Below, in pieces: positions 1 to 8,475 of a stretch of 64,000 nucleotides of DNA. The stretch is from Ignavibacteriales bacterium (lineage in GTDB: Bacteria; Bacteroidota; Ignavibacteria; UBA10030): the NCBI GenBank assembly GCA_016193365.1, contig JACPSI010000123.1, forward strand, positions 20,543 to 84,542. The letters run 5' to 3'. Below the pieces are notes generated by a model that did not search any database, was not told where the DNA came from, and saw only the letters and a program-made list of their open reading frames with translations. The position numbers were made by a program, and so were the translations under genes. Position 1 is the first letter of the stretch. Every line of letters starts with the position of its first letter.

Positions 1-1298
1 ACATCCGCCGCTATGACGAATGGTTTGTGACAAAGTTGCTCGTCGATGAAGGGCGATGTCTCGGCGTCGTGGCAATTGAGATCAGGAGCGGCAAGGTCGA
101 GGCAATACTCGCAAAGTCGGTCATTATTTGCACTGGAGGATGCGGTAGGGTTTTTCCCTTCACGACGAACGCCAATATCAAGAATGGGGACGGTATGGCG
201 CTTGCCTATCGCGCCGGTGTTCCTTTGAAGGACATGGAATTCGTTCAGTATCATCCCACGGGTCTTCCGTTTACCGGCATCCTCATCACCGAAGCAGCGC
301 GTTCAGAGGGCGGATGGATGCTCAACAAAGATAATTACCGCTACTTGCAAGATTACGACCTTGGCGTTCCGCAGCCAAAACCTGTCCTTCGGTCGATGGA
401 ACTTGGTCCGCGCGATAGGCTCTCACAGGCATTTGTCAAGGAGCAGGAGAAGGGCCGTACTCTCAAGGGACCCTACGGAGATTACGTCCACCTCGACCTC
501 CGGCATCTAGGGGAAGATGTGATGAACACGAAACTTCCGTTCGTTCGTGAGCTTTGTCTAAAATATGAAAACATCGATCCGGTGAAGAACATGATTCCTG
601 TGCGCCCGGTCGTCCATTACATGATGGGTGGCATTCACACGGACATTCAGGGAGCCACACCGTTGAAAGGCCTCTTTGCGGCGGGCGAGTGTGCATGCGT
701 TAGCATTAACGGAGCGAACCGTCTTGGCTCTAATTCTCTGACCGAGATCGTTGTGTTTGGCGCACGAGCGGGCAAAGCAGCGGCGCACTATGCCGCCGAA
801 CGGACATCGATGAGCCCATCAGTTGCGAAGCTCACCGCGGATGAACAAAAGCGGATTGAACGCCAGTTCTATGGAGGCGGAACACGCACAGAAAAAATCG
901 CTTCACTCCGAAAGGAAATGCATGAGGCGATGGAAAACGGGGCCGGGATCTATAGGACCGAATCATCGCTCAAACGCTCTCAAGAACGAATTCATGAACT
1001 GCAGGAACGATTCAAGAATATTTCTCTCTCAGATCAAAGCTATATCTTCAACACCGAGCTCATCGCCGCGATAGAGTTGTCGTACATGATCGACGTTGCC
1101 GAGACCATAATACAGTCTGCTCTCAGCAGAAAAGAATCCCGCGGTTCACATCAGCGGACAGACTATGCCAAGCGCGACGATCAAGATTATCTCAAACACT
1201 CGCTGGCATACCAGACAACAAAAGGTTCTCCACGAATTGAATATCTCCCAGTGACTATTACCCGGTGGCCTCCCGGAGAACGCGTCTACGGGAGGTAA
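1..1298 (+). CDS. frdA: Fumarate reductase/succinate dehydrogenase flavoprotein subunit, C-terminal ~430 aa (5' end outside the window)
   Basis: The frame is open from the window edge (IRRYDEWF precedes the GTG at 27). The product carries flavoprotein-subunit hallmarks [42 protein letters not shown] and ESRGSHQR. FrdB/C/D homologues lie downstream. Confidence 0.9.
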   Translation, partial: IRRYDEWFVTKLLVDEGRCLGVVAIEIRSGKVEAILAKSVIICTGGCGRVFPFTTNANIKNGDGMALAYRAGVPLKDMEFVQYHPTGLPFTGILITEAARSEGGWMLNKDNYRYLQDYDLGVPQPKPVLRSMELGPRDRLSQAFVKEQEKGRTLKGPYGDYVHLDLRHLGEDVMNTKLPFVRELCLKYENIDPVKNMIPVRPVVHYMMGGIHTDIQGATPLKGLFAAGECACVSINGANRLGSNSLTEIVVFGARAGKAAAHYAAERTSMSPSVAKLTADEQKRIERQFYGGGTRTEKIASLRKEMHEAMENGAGIYRTESSLKRSQERIHELQERFKNISLSDQSYIFNTELIAAIELSYMIDVAETIIQSALSRKESRGSHQRTDYAKRDDQDYLKHSLAYQTTKGSPRIEYLPVTITRWPPGERVYGR

Positions 1299-1362
1299 AC
1301 GTGAGTCGGGTTTTGTTCGGCGAGAGAAAGAATCCGGTCAATCGAGACACCCAGGCACAAAG

Positions 1363-2508
1363 ATGGTAATCGGTGTCGCACATGAAGCTCATTCTTCAGA
1401 ACAGCGCGTCGCGCTGGTTCCGGCAATCGTACCGTCCCTAACGAAAGCCGGCTTAGAAGTTGTCGTCGAGAAAGATGCGGGCGTCAAAGCGGGATTCCCG
1501 GATTCACTCTTCGAAGAGCAAGGCGCCGGGATAGTCGCCCAACGATCAGAGGTGTTTCAGTCTGCCGACCTTATTGCGCAGGTTCACGCCCTTGATGATT
1601 CCTCGGCGGAGAAAGACTTTGTACGGCCCGGCCAAATCCTGGTGGGGTTGCTAAATCCTTATGCGGTTCCGCTGACCGTCGGTCGTCTTGCCGAAAAGGG
1701 CGTGACATCGTTTGCCCTCGAGCTCCTGCCCCGCATCAGCCGTGCGCAACCCATGGATGCCCTTACCTCCATGGCAACGGTATCAGGCTACAAAGCCATT
1801 CTCCTGGCCGCCGGTTTGCACAACAGGATGTTTCCGATGATGATGACTGCCGCGGGAACGATCACGCCTGCGCGCGTACTCGTCATTGGAGTGGGAGTCG
1901 CCGGCCTCCAGGCAATTGCAACAGCGCGACGATTAGGTGCTTCTGTACAGGCTTACGACGTACGGCCGGTCGTGAAGGAGCAGGTAGAGAGCCTTGGAGC
2001 AAAATTTGTCGAATTGAAACTTGAGACGGGCGAGGCGGAGGCTGCAGGAGGCTACGCAAAAGCAATGGGGGAGGATTTCTACCGAAGACAGAGGGAATTA
2101 ATGGCAAAAGTTCTCGCGGAAAACGACATTGTCATCACCACCGCGTCGATTCCCGGCAAGAAGGCTCCAATCCTCATCACCGAATCCATGGTTCAGGCAA
2201 TGCGTTCAGGCTCGGTGGTCATAGACCTTGCCGCCGAAACGGGTGGAAACTGCGAGCTGACCAAACCGGGTGAAACGCTGAAAATCGGAGGAATAACGCT
2301 CGCCGGACCTCTTAACGTCTCCTCGACGGTTCCATACCACGCGAGCATGATGTACGCGAGAAACATCACATCGTTTGTTTTGAATCTCGTGAAAGATGGG
2401 CAGTTGATGGTGAATCTGGAGGACCAGATCATCAAGGATACGTTGTTGACCCATAAGGGCGAAATTGTAAATGCTCAAATGCGCGATTTGGTAAATCCGA
2501 AATCCTGA
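1363..2508 (+). CDS. pntAA: NAD(P) transhydrogenase alpha subunit part 1 (soluble NAD(H)-binding dI domain)
   Basis: 381-aa alanine-dehydrogenase/PNT-type product with Rossmann motif VLVIGVGVAGLQAIATARRLGA. The membrane dII and NADP(H) dIII parts are encoded about 0.6 kb downstream. Confidence 0.88.
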   Translation: MVIGVAHEAHSSEQRVALVPAIVPSLTKAGLEVVVEKDAGVKAGFPDSLFEEQGAGIVAQRSEVFQSADLIAQVHALDDSSAEKDFVRPGQILVGLLNPYAVPLTVGRLAEKGVTSFALELLPRISRAQPMDALTSMATVSGYKAILLAAGLHNRMFPMMMTAAGTITPARVLVIGVGVAGLQAIATARRLGASVQAYDVRPVVKEQVESLGAKFVELKLETGEAEAAGGYAKAMGEDFYRRQRELMAKVLAENDIVITTASIPGKKAPILITESMVQAMRSGSVVIDLAAETGGNCELTKPGETLKIGGITLAGPLNVSSTVPYHASMMYARNITSFVLNLVKDGQLMVNLEDQIIKDTLLTHKGEIVNAQMRDLVNPKS

Positions 2509-2566
2509 TAGCCAGATTTCGTGAAATTTAACCACAAAGGACGCAAAGAAGCGCAAAGGTCGCAAA

Positions 2567-2951
2567 GTGATTGAGAACGAGCTTTCAAAAGAAATAATTG
2601 GAGCGGCCATTGAGGTGCACAAGGTATTAGGCCCTGGACTTCTTGAGTCTGCTTATGAGGCTTCGCTCAAGGAGGGAGTTTGATTTAAGGGGTTTGGATG
2701 CAAAGGAGCAACTGGGGTTACCTCTGGTTTACAAAGATGTTCATTGCGATGTCGGTTATCGTTTAGACTTCCTTGTTCAAGACAAAGTTATCGTCGAAAT
2801 CAAATCGGTTGACGCGTTAAATGATGTGCATCTGGCCCAAGTTCTCACGTATCTCAAGCTCAGCAATTGCAAGTTAGGGCTTTTGATTAATTTCAACGTT
2901 GCGAAACTGAAAGAGGGAATTAGGAGGGTAGTGAATAGGCTTCCAGAATAA
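2567..2951 (+). pseudogene. GxxExxY-family small ORF (PD-(D/E)XK-like), interrupted by a 1-nt frameshift at a GGG run
   Basis: GTG 2567 opens [37 protein letters not shown], with a stop at 2681-2683. The family sequence continues in the next frame (track ORF 2643..2951: [45 protein letters not shown]...HLAQVLTYLKLSNCKLGLLINFN). Deleting one G of 2674-2676 restores a ~128-aa ORF. The ORF is bracketed by 3x CGCAAAG (2542-2567) and 3x CTTTGCG (2954-2991). Confidence 0.75.
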
Positions 2952-3126
2952 TGCTTTGCGTTCTTTGCGCCTTCTTATGTCTTTCTTTGCGGTTAAATTA
3001 AGAGCAAAGGACGCGAAACTAGGCTGGACCATCCGCTCCCGAGGCTAAGACCCGGAAATAGTTTATGCAAGACCTAACGGTAGAGTTTCGACATTTGATT
3101 TTGATGATGAGTAACTCTGAAAGAGC

Positions 3127-4929
3127 ATGACGTCCGACCTGGAAATCGGTCTTTACATTTTCATGCTGGCGGCGTTTCTCGGTTACCACATCATCACCCG
3201 CGTTCCACCGCTGCTGCACACGCCACTCATGTCTGCCACCAATGCCATCGCCGGTATCTCACTCGTCGGTTCGCTTGTTGTCGCCGGTGCGGATTATGGC
3301 CCTTTGAGTACAACGCTGGGCTTCATCGCCGTGACGTGTTCAACCACGAACGTCGTGGGGGGTTTTCTGATCACCGACCGCATGCTCAAAATGTTTAAAA
3401 CGTCAAAGCAACAGGCGGGACAACGACACGGGTTTCGGTTTGACCCGAAAATGCTTCTGGCTATACCGGTGTTTGTCGTTGGCGCCCTCGTGCTCGTTTC
3501 CTGGTCCGAGGAAATCAGGAATGACGCTGCCTATTTCTTCAGCGAAGTACTTCCAACTCAGGCACTGAGGTATTTCTATATTGTTTCCGCAGTATTGTTC
3601 ATTCTTGGCCTGAAAGGACTCAGTTCTCCAAAATGGGCGCGGAGCGGAATGATATTGGCTGCCCTCGGCATGGCGATGGCCGTTCTCGGCACGCTGTTTC
3701 ATCACGAGATAGTCACGTACAAGTGGATTATTATCGGTTTTCTGATCGGCTCGGTCATCGGGGGAACGATGGGCCTCAAGGTTCCCATGACGGCCGTTCC
3801 GCAGAGGACAGCCCTCTCGCACTCTCTTGGAGCGCTTGCCGCCTGTTTGGTGGGGATCTCAGAATACTTCCGCCATCAAGGAGAGCTTGGTGCCGCAGTC
3901 ATGACGCCGCTCGGTTTCGAAGTTGTGGTTGGCGGGCTCACATTTACGGGAAGTTTAATGGCGGCGGCGAAATTGCAGGGACTTTTGCCGGGCCATCCAA
4001 TCACTTACAAAGGGCAAAACATTTTTAACCTCAGTCTGCTGGCTGTTATCGTCGGAAGTCTGGGGTATCTCTTGTTCGTTCCCACCGAATCCATGGTTTT
4101 TCAGGTTATGGTGGGGCTTGCTTTTGTTTTTGGTTTTCTCCTGGTTATTCCCATCGGCGCAGCGGATATGCCTGTCGTGATAGCATTGCTCAATTCGTAC
4201 GGCGGACTCGCGGATGCTGCCATGGGTTTTGTGCTTATGAATAAAATCCAGATTATCACCGGTTCGCTCGACGGGACTTCGGGATTTCTCTTGTCTCTCC
4301 TCATGTGCAGGGCTATGAACCGTTCCGCATTGAATGTCCTGTTTGGCGCGTTCGGGAAGATCACGCACGAAGAGAGCACTGGAATAGTTGAAGCGAAGGG
4401 AAGCGTCAGGAGCATCGCACCCGAGGAAGTCGCCGTGTTGTTCGAGAGCATCAGGTCCGTGATCATTGTTCCCGGCTACGGAATGGCCGTTGCACAGGCA
4501 CAGCATGGCGTCGCGGAACTTGCAAAAGTCCTCATGAAAAATGAAGTTGACGTGAAATATGCGATTCATCCCGTCGCAGGACGTATGCCGGGACACATGA
4601 ACGTTTTGCTTGCGGAGGCAAATGTGCCGTATGACCAGCTCTACACGATGGAGCAGATCAACCCATATTTTCCGGAGGCCGATATTGCCCTCGTTGTCGG
4701 AGCCAATGATGTCACAAACCCGGCAGCGAGGAGTAACAAGAACAGCCCTCTCTACGGAATGCCGATATTGGAAGTGGACCGGGCCAAGTCGATTATTGTC
4801 CTGAAACGCAGCATGCGTCCGGGCTTCTCGGGCGTGGATAACGACTTGTACTACGACCAGAAATGCATGATGTTGTTCGGCGACGCCAAGGACAGCATCA
4901 ATAAACTTATCGGTGCGTTGAAGACGTAG
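3127..4929 (+). CDS. pntB: Fused NAD(P) transhydrogenase alpha part 2 (PntAB) + beta subunit (PntB)
   Basis: Single 600-codon ORF. The N-terminal ~95 aa form a PntAB-type membrane segment (LYIFMLAAFLGYHIITRVPPLLHTPLMSATNAIAGISLVGS). The rest is PntB: a multi-TM dII, then dIII with VIIVPGYGMAVAQAQH, HPVAGRMPGHMNVLLAEA and VVGANDVTNPAA. Confidence 0.88.
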   Translation: MTSDLEIGLYIFMLAAFLGYHIITRVPPLLHTPLMSATNAIAGISLVGSLVVAGADYGPLSTTLGFIAVTCSTTNVVGGFLITDRMLKMFKTSKQQAGQRHGFRFDPKMLLAIPVFVVGALVLVSWSEEIRNDAAYFFSEVLPTQALRYFYIVSAVLFILGLKGLSSPKWARSGMILAALGMAMAVLGTLFHHEIVTYKWIIIGFLIGSVIGGTMGLKVPMTAVPQRTALSHSLGALAACLVGISEYFRHQGELGAAVMTPLGFEVVVGGLTFTGSLMAAAKLQGLLPGHPITYKGQNIFNLSLLAVIVGSLGYLLFVPTESMVFQVMVGLAFVFGFLLVIPIGAADMPVVIALLNSYGGLADAAMGFVLMNKIQIITGSLDGTSGFLLSLLMCRAMNRSALNVLFGAFGKITHEESTGIVEAKGSVRSIAPEEVAVLFESIRSVIIVPGYGMAVAQAQHGVAELAKVLMKNEVDVKYAIHPVAGRMPGHMNVLLAEANVPYDQLYTMEQINPYFPEADIALVVGANDVTNPAARSNKNSPLYGMPILEVDRAKSIIVLKRSMRPGFSGVDNDLYYDQKCMMLFGDAKDSINKLIGALKT

Positions 4930-5039
4930 CAACGAACTTCAAAAAGTCTTATTATAGATTATTCTATTGATAATCATCGCGGCAGGATGACCTTAATAAC
5001 CTCGACCTTCAGGTCGGGGATACTGAAAGGAGGGACAGC

Positions 5040-5474
5040 ATGATAACCGTTCGACATATTCTTGAATCCAAAGGGGGACAGATTTGGTCGGTCTCGCCCG
5101 ACACGACAGTGTATGATGCGCTGAAGTTAATGGCGGAGAAAAACCTGGGGGCCGTACTCGTGCAGAAGGGAGACACACTGTTGGGGATTTTTTCGGAACG
5201 AGACTATGCGAGGAAAATTATTTTGAAGGGCAAATCCTCGAAAGAAACCACCGTGGACGAAATCATGACGCCGGATGTCGTGACGGTGCAATTGAAAAAT
5301 TCCATTGAAGAGTGTATGGGACTCATGACAAACAATCGCATACGCCATTTGCCCGTGGTGGAGAATGCGAAAATTGTCGGCGTTGTCTCCATAGGCGACA
5401 TTGTCAAAGCGATCATCTCGGAACAAGAGTACACGATCAAGCAATTAGAAAGCTACATCACGGGAACGAGGTAG
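5040..5474 (+). CDS. CBS domain pair protein
   Basis: 144-aa product with two CBS repeats ([11 protein letters not shown]..., [22 protein letters not shown]). A GGAGG Shine-Dalgarno sequence precedes the ATG. Confidence 0.85.
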   Translation: MITVRHILESKGGQIWSVSPDTTVYDALKLMAEKNLGAVLVQKGDTLLGIFSERDYARKIILKGKSSKETTVDEIMTPDVVTVQLKNSIEECMGLMTNNRIRHLPVVENAKIVGVVSIGDIVKAIISEQEYTIKQLESYITGTR

Positions 5475-5482
5475 TTCGGTTT

Positions 5483-6226
5483 TTGGCTGAATCCATCACA
5501 CTCGAAATTTTCCGCTACCTGTCGGAATCGGAAACAAAGCCCGCGTTTCAAACGTACGAAGTTCCGTTCCGCAGAGACTGGGTCATACTTGACGCCTTGA
5601 ACTATATCAAGGACAACCTGGACGGTACATTGTCGTTCCGCTGGTCGTGCAGGATGGGCGTTTGTGGAAGCTGCGGCATGATGGTCGATGGCACGCCGGT
5701 TCTCACGTGCGCAACCTTCATGGAAAAATTCCTTCCGGGACCGATTCGAGTGGAACCGCTCGTCAATTTCCCCGCCGTTCGCGACCTCGTTATTGAAATG
5801 GACGATTTCATGGGCAAGTTGAGCCGCGTCAAGCCCTGGATCATCCGCGACGAAGAAAAGCCCCTCTCACAGGGCGAATACATACAGACTCCCGCCCAGT
5901 TGCACGACTACAAACAATACAGCATGTGCATTAACTGCATGCTGTGCTATGCTGCCTGTCCGATCGTCGGGCTGGAGCCTGGGTTTGTGGGACCGGCCGC
6001 TATTGCTCTTGCGCAACGATATAATCTCGACAACAGGGACCAGGGGAAAAAGGAGAGGATGGAGGTCCTGTCTCAGGACGACGGCATCTACGAATGCACG
6101 TTAGTGGGAGAATGCTCTGTCGTCTGTCCGAAATCTGTCGACCCGGCAGGTGCGATTCAACGGTATAAGGCCACTACCGCAATGGAATGGTGGAAGTCGT
6201 TATTACTTCCGTGGGGCAAGAAATGA
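5483..6226 (+). CDS. frdB: Fumarate reductase/succinate dehydrogenase iron-sulfur subunit
   Basis: Cluster motifs [22 protein letters not shown] (2Fe-2S), [12 protein letters not shown] (4Fe-4S) and [13 protein letters not shown] (3Fe-4S). The start is placed at TTG 5483, just after the CBS stop. The track ATG at 5312 would overlap the CBS gene by ~160 nt. Confidence 0.85.
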   Translation: MAESITLEIFRYLSESETKPAFQTYEVPFRRDWVILDALNYIKDNLDGTLSFRWSCRMGVCGSCGMMVDGTPVLTCATFMEKFLPGPIRVEPLVNFPAVRDLVIEMDDFMGKLSRVKPWIIRDEEKPLSQGEYIQTPAQLHDYKQYSMCINCMLCYAACPIVGLEPGFVGPAAIALAQRYNLDNRDQGKKERMEVLSQDDGIYECTLVGECSVVCPKSVDPAGAIQRYKATTAMEWWKSLLLPWGKK

Positions 6227-6630
6227 GCGAGTACTCAAGAAGAAACGGAGGGCTGTACCAGCGGCGTACTCCTATTTTTTGGTGGACGAAGAAGTGGTCC
6301 AATGTCAAGTTCATCACGCGGGAACTGACAAGCGTCTTTGTCGCCGGATATGCTCTCGTGCTCCTTTTTCAAATTCGCGCGCTGTTTCAGGGGCCCGAAA
6401 CCTATGCGAATTTCCTTGAATGGCTGAAAACCCCGATATCCATCACCCTTCATGCAGTGGGATTCTTGTTCGTCCTGTTTCATAGCATCACGTGGTTCAA
6501 TCTTGCCCCAAAAGCAATGGTCATCCGACTCGGAAAGAAGACTGTGCCTGGTTCCCTGATAGCCGCCTCGAACTATGCGGCTTGGCTAGTCGTTTCTGGT
6601 CTCATTACGTGGATTCTTGCATTTTCTTAA
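6223..6630 (+). CDS. frdC: Fumarate reductase membrane anchor subunit C
   Basis: 135-aa three-TM product resembling E. coli FrdC as I remember it (WWTKKW..., [30 protein letters not shown] versus HTKTWFELAPKAANI). Its ATG overlaps the frdB stop (ATGA at 6223-6226). Confidence 0.8.
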   Translation: MSEYSRRNGGLYQRRTPIFWWTKKWSNVKFITRELTSVFVAGYALVLLFQIRALFQGPETYANFLEWLKTPISITLHAVGFLFVLFHSITWFNLAPKAMVIRLGKKTVPGSLIAASNYAAWLVVSGLITWILAFS

Positions 6631-6926
6631 TGGAGCACATTTTGGACTGAGGCTGGCTGAATGTTCGCGAATCGTCTTGAGCAGTAAAGTCTGAATCATG
6701 AAAATCTCAGCTTAAAACGTCCCCTCTCGTGTGTTGGGATTGAGCGGTGGGAGAGGGGAGGCTAAAGGAGTGTGAGGCGAAGCAAATTGGTGAAACTCAA
6801 AATGAAAAATCTCACACCACTTTCTCGGAACAAACAGAAATGGTATCCCCTCTCTCTCACACACAAGCCATCGGCTCAGAGGGGACTGGACCTCGGTGTT
6901 CTGGCTGAGGGCAAAGGCAAATCATT

Positions 6927-7295
6927 ATGACTATAGGGAATCAACCGATGAAGCGAACATTCGAACCTTTCTGGTGGTCACTGTTTGGCGCAGGCGGCGT
7001 CATCTCGGCTTTTTTTGTTCCCGTGCTTCTGTTTTTGAACGGCCTTGCCATTCCCCTCGGATGGATCGACCAGCCTTCATACGAAAACCTCGCCGCACTG
7101 GCAAAAACTCCTCTGGTTCGAATGTTCCTTGGAGTACTCATTTCTTTTTCGTTGCTTCACTGGGCTCATCGTTTTCGATTTACATTGTATGATGGCCTCC
7201 AGCTCAAGCATCTTAACGTGCTTATTGCAGTTCTTTGTTACGGAGGCGCGATTGTGGGGACATTAGCGGCCGTCTACACGCTCTGGATATCCTAA
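6927..7295 (+). CDS. frdD: Fumarate reductase membrane anchor subunit D
   Basis: 122-aa product. KRTFEPFWWSLFGAGGVISAFFVPVLLF matches the E. coli FrdD N-terminus ([28 protein letters not shown]) as I remember it. Three TM helices. Confidence 0.8.
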   Translation: MTIGNQPMKRTFEPFWWSLFGAGGVISAFFVPVLLFLNGLAIPLGWIDQPSYENLAALAKTPLVRMFLGVLISFSLLHWAHRFRFTLYDGLQLKHLNVLIAVLCYGGAIVGTLAAVYTLWIS

Positions 7296-7321
7296 GGTTG
7301 AACTATCGGGAGGAAAACGAC

Positions 7322-7819
7322 ATGATGAAACTCAAGCGTCTTTCCAAAAAAGGAGTCTCGGCAGCTCTGGACAAAGCCGAACGATATCGACTGCTGAACG
7401 AACCCCGGGAGGCAGAGAGTATTTGTCTGGACGTTCTGGAAGCAGACCCGAAAAACCAGAAAGCAATCGTGATGCTCTTTCTCGCCATGACCGATCAGTT
7501 CGGTGAGGATTCGGGTGCGGATGTTGAGAGCGCGAGGGACGTGCTTGCCCGGATCCGCGATAAATACAAACGACTGTACTACGAAGGGATCCTCTGCGAG
7601 CGGCAGGCCAAAGCGACATTGAAACGAGGGATGCCCGGGTCAAAGTTTGATGCCTACGAATGGTTCCGCGAGGCTATGGACCTTTTTGAAAAAGCGGAGG
7701 CCATTCGCCCGGTCGGCAATGACGAAGCCATCCTCCGATGGAACACCTGCGCACGGATTATCATGCAGGACAAGCTTGCACCCCGAGAAGAAGAAAAAGT
7801 TGTCCATATGCTTGAGTAA
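7322..7819 (+). CDS. Hypothetical protein (helical, TPR-like)
   Basis: Long ORF with coding-like composition. ATG 7322 is preceded by GGGAGGAAAA. The track start at 7235 overlaps frdD and was not used. No recognisable motif. Confidence 0.55.
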   Translation: MMKLKRLSKKGVSAALDKAERYRLLNEPREAESICLDVLEADPKNQKAIVMLFLAMTDQFGEDSGADVESARDVLARIRDKYKRLYYEGILCERQAKATLKRGMPGSKFDAYEWFREAMDLFEKAEAIRPVGNDEAILRWNTCARIIMQDKLAPREEEKVVHMLE

Positions 7820-7826
7820 CACACCG

Positions 7827-7870
7827 ACCTTGTCAAGGTTCTCTCGATTCTTCCAGAACCTTGACAAGGT
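7827..7870 (+). terminator. Strong hairpin (16-bp perfect stem, 12-nt loop) downstream of the 7322..7819 ORF
   Basis: ACCTTGTCAAGGTTCT (7827-7842) pairs perfectly with AGAACCTTGACAAGGT (7855-7870). Each arm is itself a near-palindrome. No T-run follows, so the terminator function is uncertain. Confidence 0.45.
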
Positions 7871-7949
7871 TCTCCTGCCCGCCTGAGCGACCCCGCCAGC
7901 ATCATGCCCCGTTCTTTTTTCCTCTCTTCTTTTTTCTTACCTTTTCCTC

Positions 7950-8333
7950 ATGGACGACCGCTTTTACCAGGGCATCGAGGAATTCAACGCCGGCCGCTAC
8001 TTCGAAGCACACGAAGTCCTTGAAGACCTCTGGCATGAATACCGCGAGACAGACCGCACGTTTATACAAGGACTCATTCAGATATCTGCGGGTTTTTATC
8101 ATTTCCAGTGCGCAAATTGGAAAGGGGCGAAGAGTCAGCTTTCAAAAGGCACAAAGAAACTTGCGGCTTTTAGACCTCAACATTTGGATCTTGATGTGGA
8201 AAAGCTTGTCAGCCAAACAACAATATGGTGCGAGAAGTTGGGCAAATACGAAGACGGAGGCACGCTGGATCGAAAATCATTGGCTTTTCCTCAGCTGAGA
8301 ATTGGTCGGGAGCGAGCACGGGCACATGCCTAG
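7950..8333 (+). CDS. DUF309 domain protein
   Basis: FNAGRYFEAHEVLEDLWHEY...GLIQISAGFYHF is the DUF309 signature. Confidence 0.8.
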   Translation: MDDRFYQGIEEFNAGRYFEAHEVLEDLWHEYRETDRTFIQGLIQISAGFYHFQCANWKGAKSQLSKGTKKLAAFRPQHLDLDVEKLVSQTTIWCEKLGKYEDGGTLDRKSLAFPQLRIGRERARAHA

Positions 8334-8475
8334 CTAATTGCGAGATAGACTTATCCAAACTTTACTGGAAAAATAATTGTCTATGTTCCCATGAAGGCTT
8401 GGATCTTACGCTTCATGGGTCGTGTAACTCTTGTTCCATTCGCAGGATCTTAATACACTCTTGCCTTTCAATCTC

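Noticed and set aside
2206-2622. 138-aa minus-strand ORF spanning the pntAA 3' end and the GxxExxY 5' region
   Set aside because: It is antisense to two features that have clear sequence signatures, and it has no motif.
3955-4932. 325-aa minus-strand ORF
   Set aside because: It is antisense to the pntB portion, which has unambiguous dIII motifs. This is a shadow ORF.
5312-5482. Long N-terminal extension of frdB from the track ATG at 5312
   Set aside because: It would overlap the CBS gene by ~160 nt in another frame and adds non-homologous sequence. TTG 5483, right after the CBS stop, gives a normal-length (~248 aa) Fe-S subunit.
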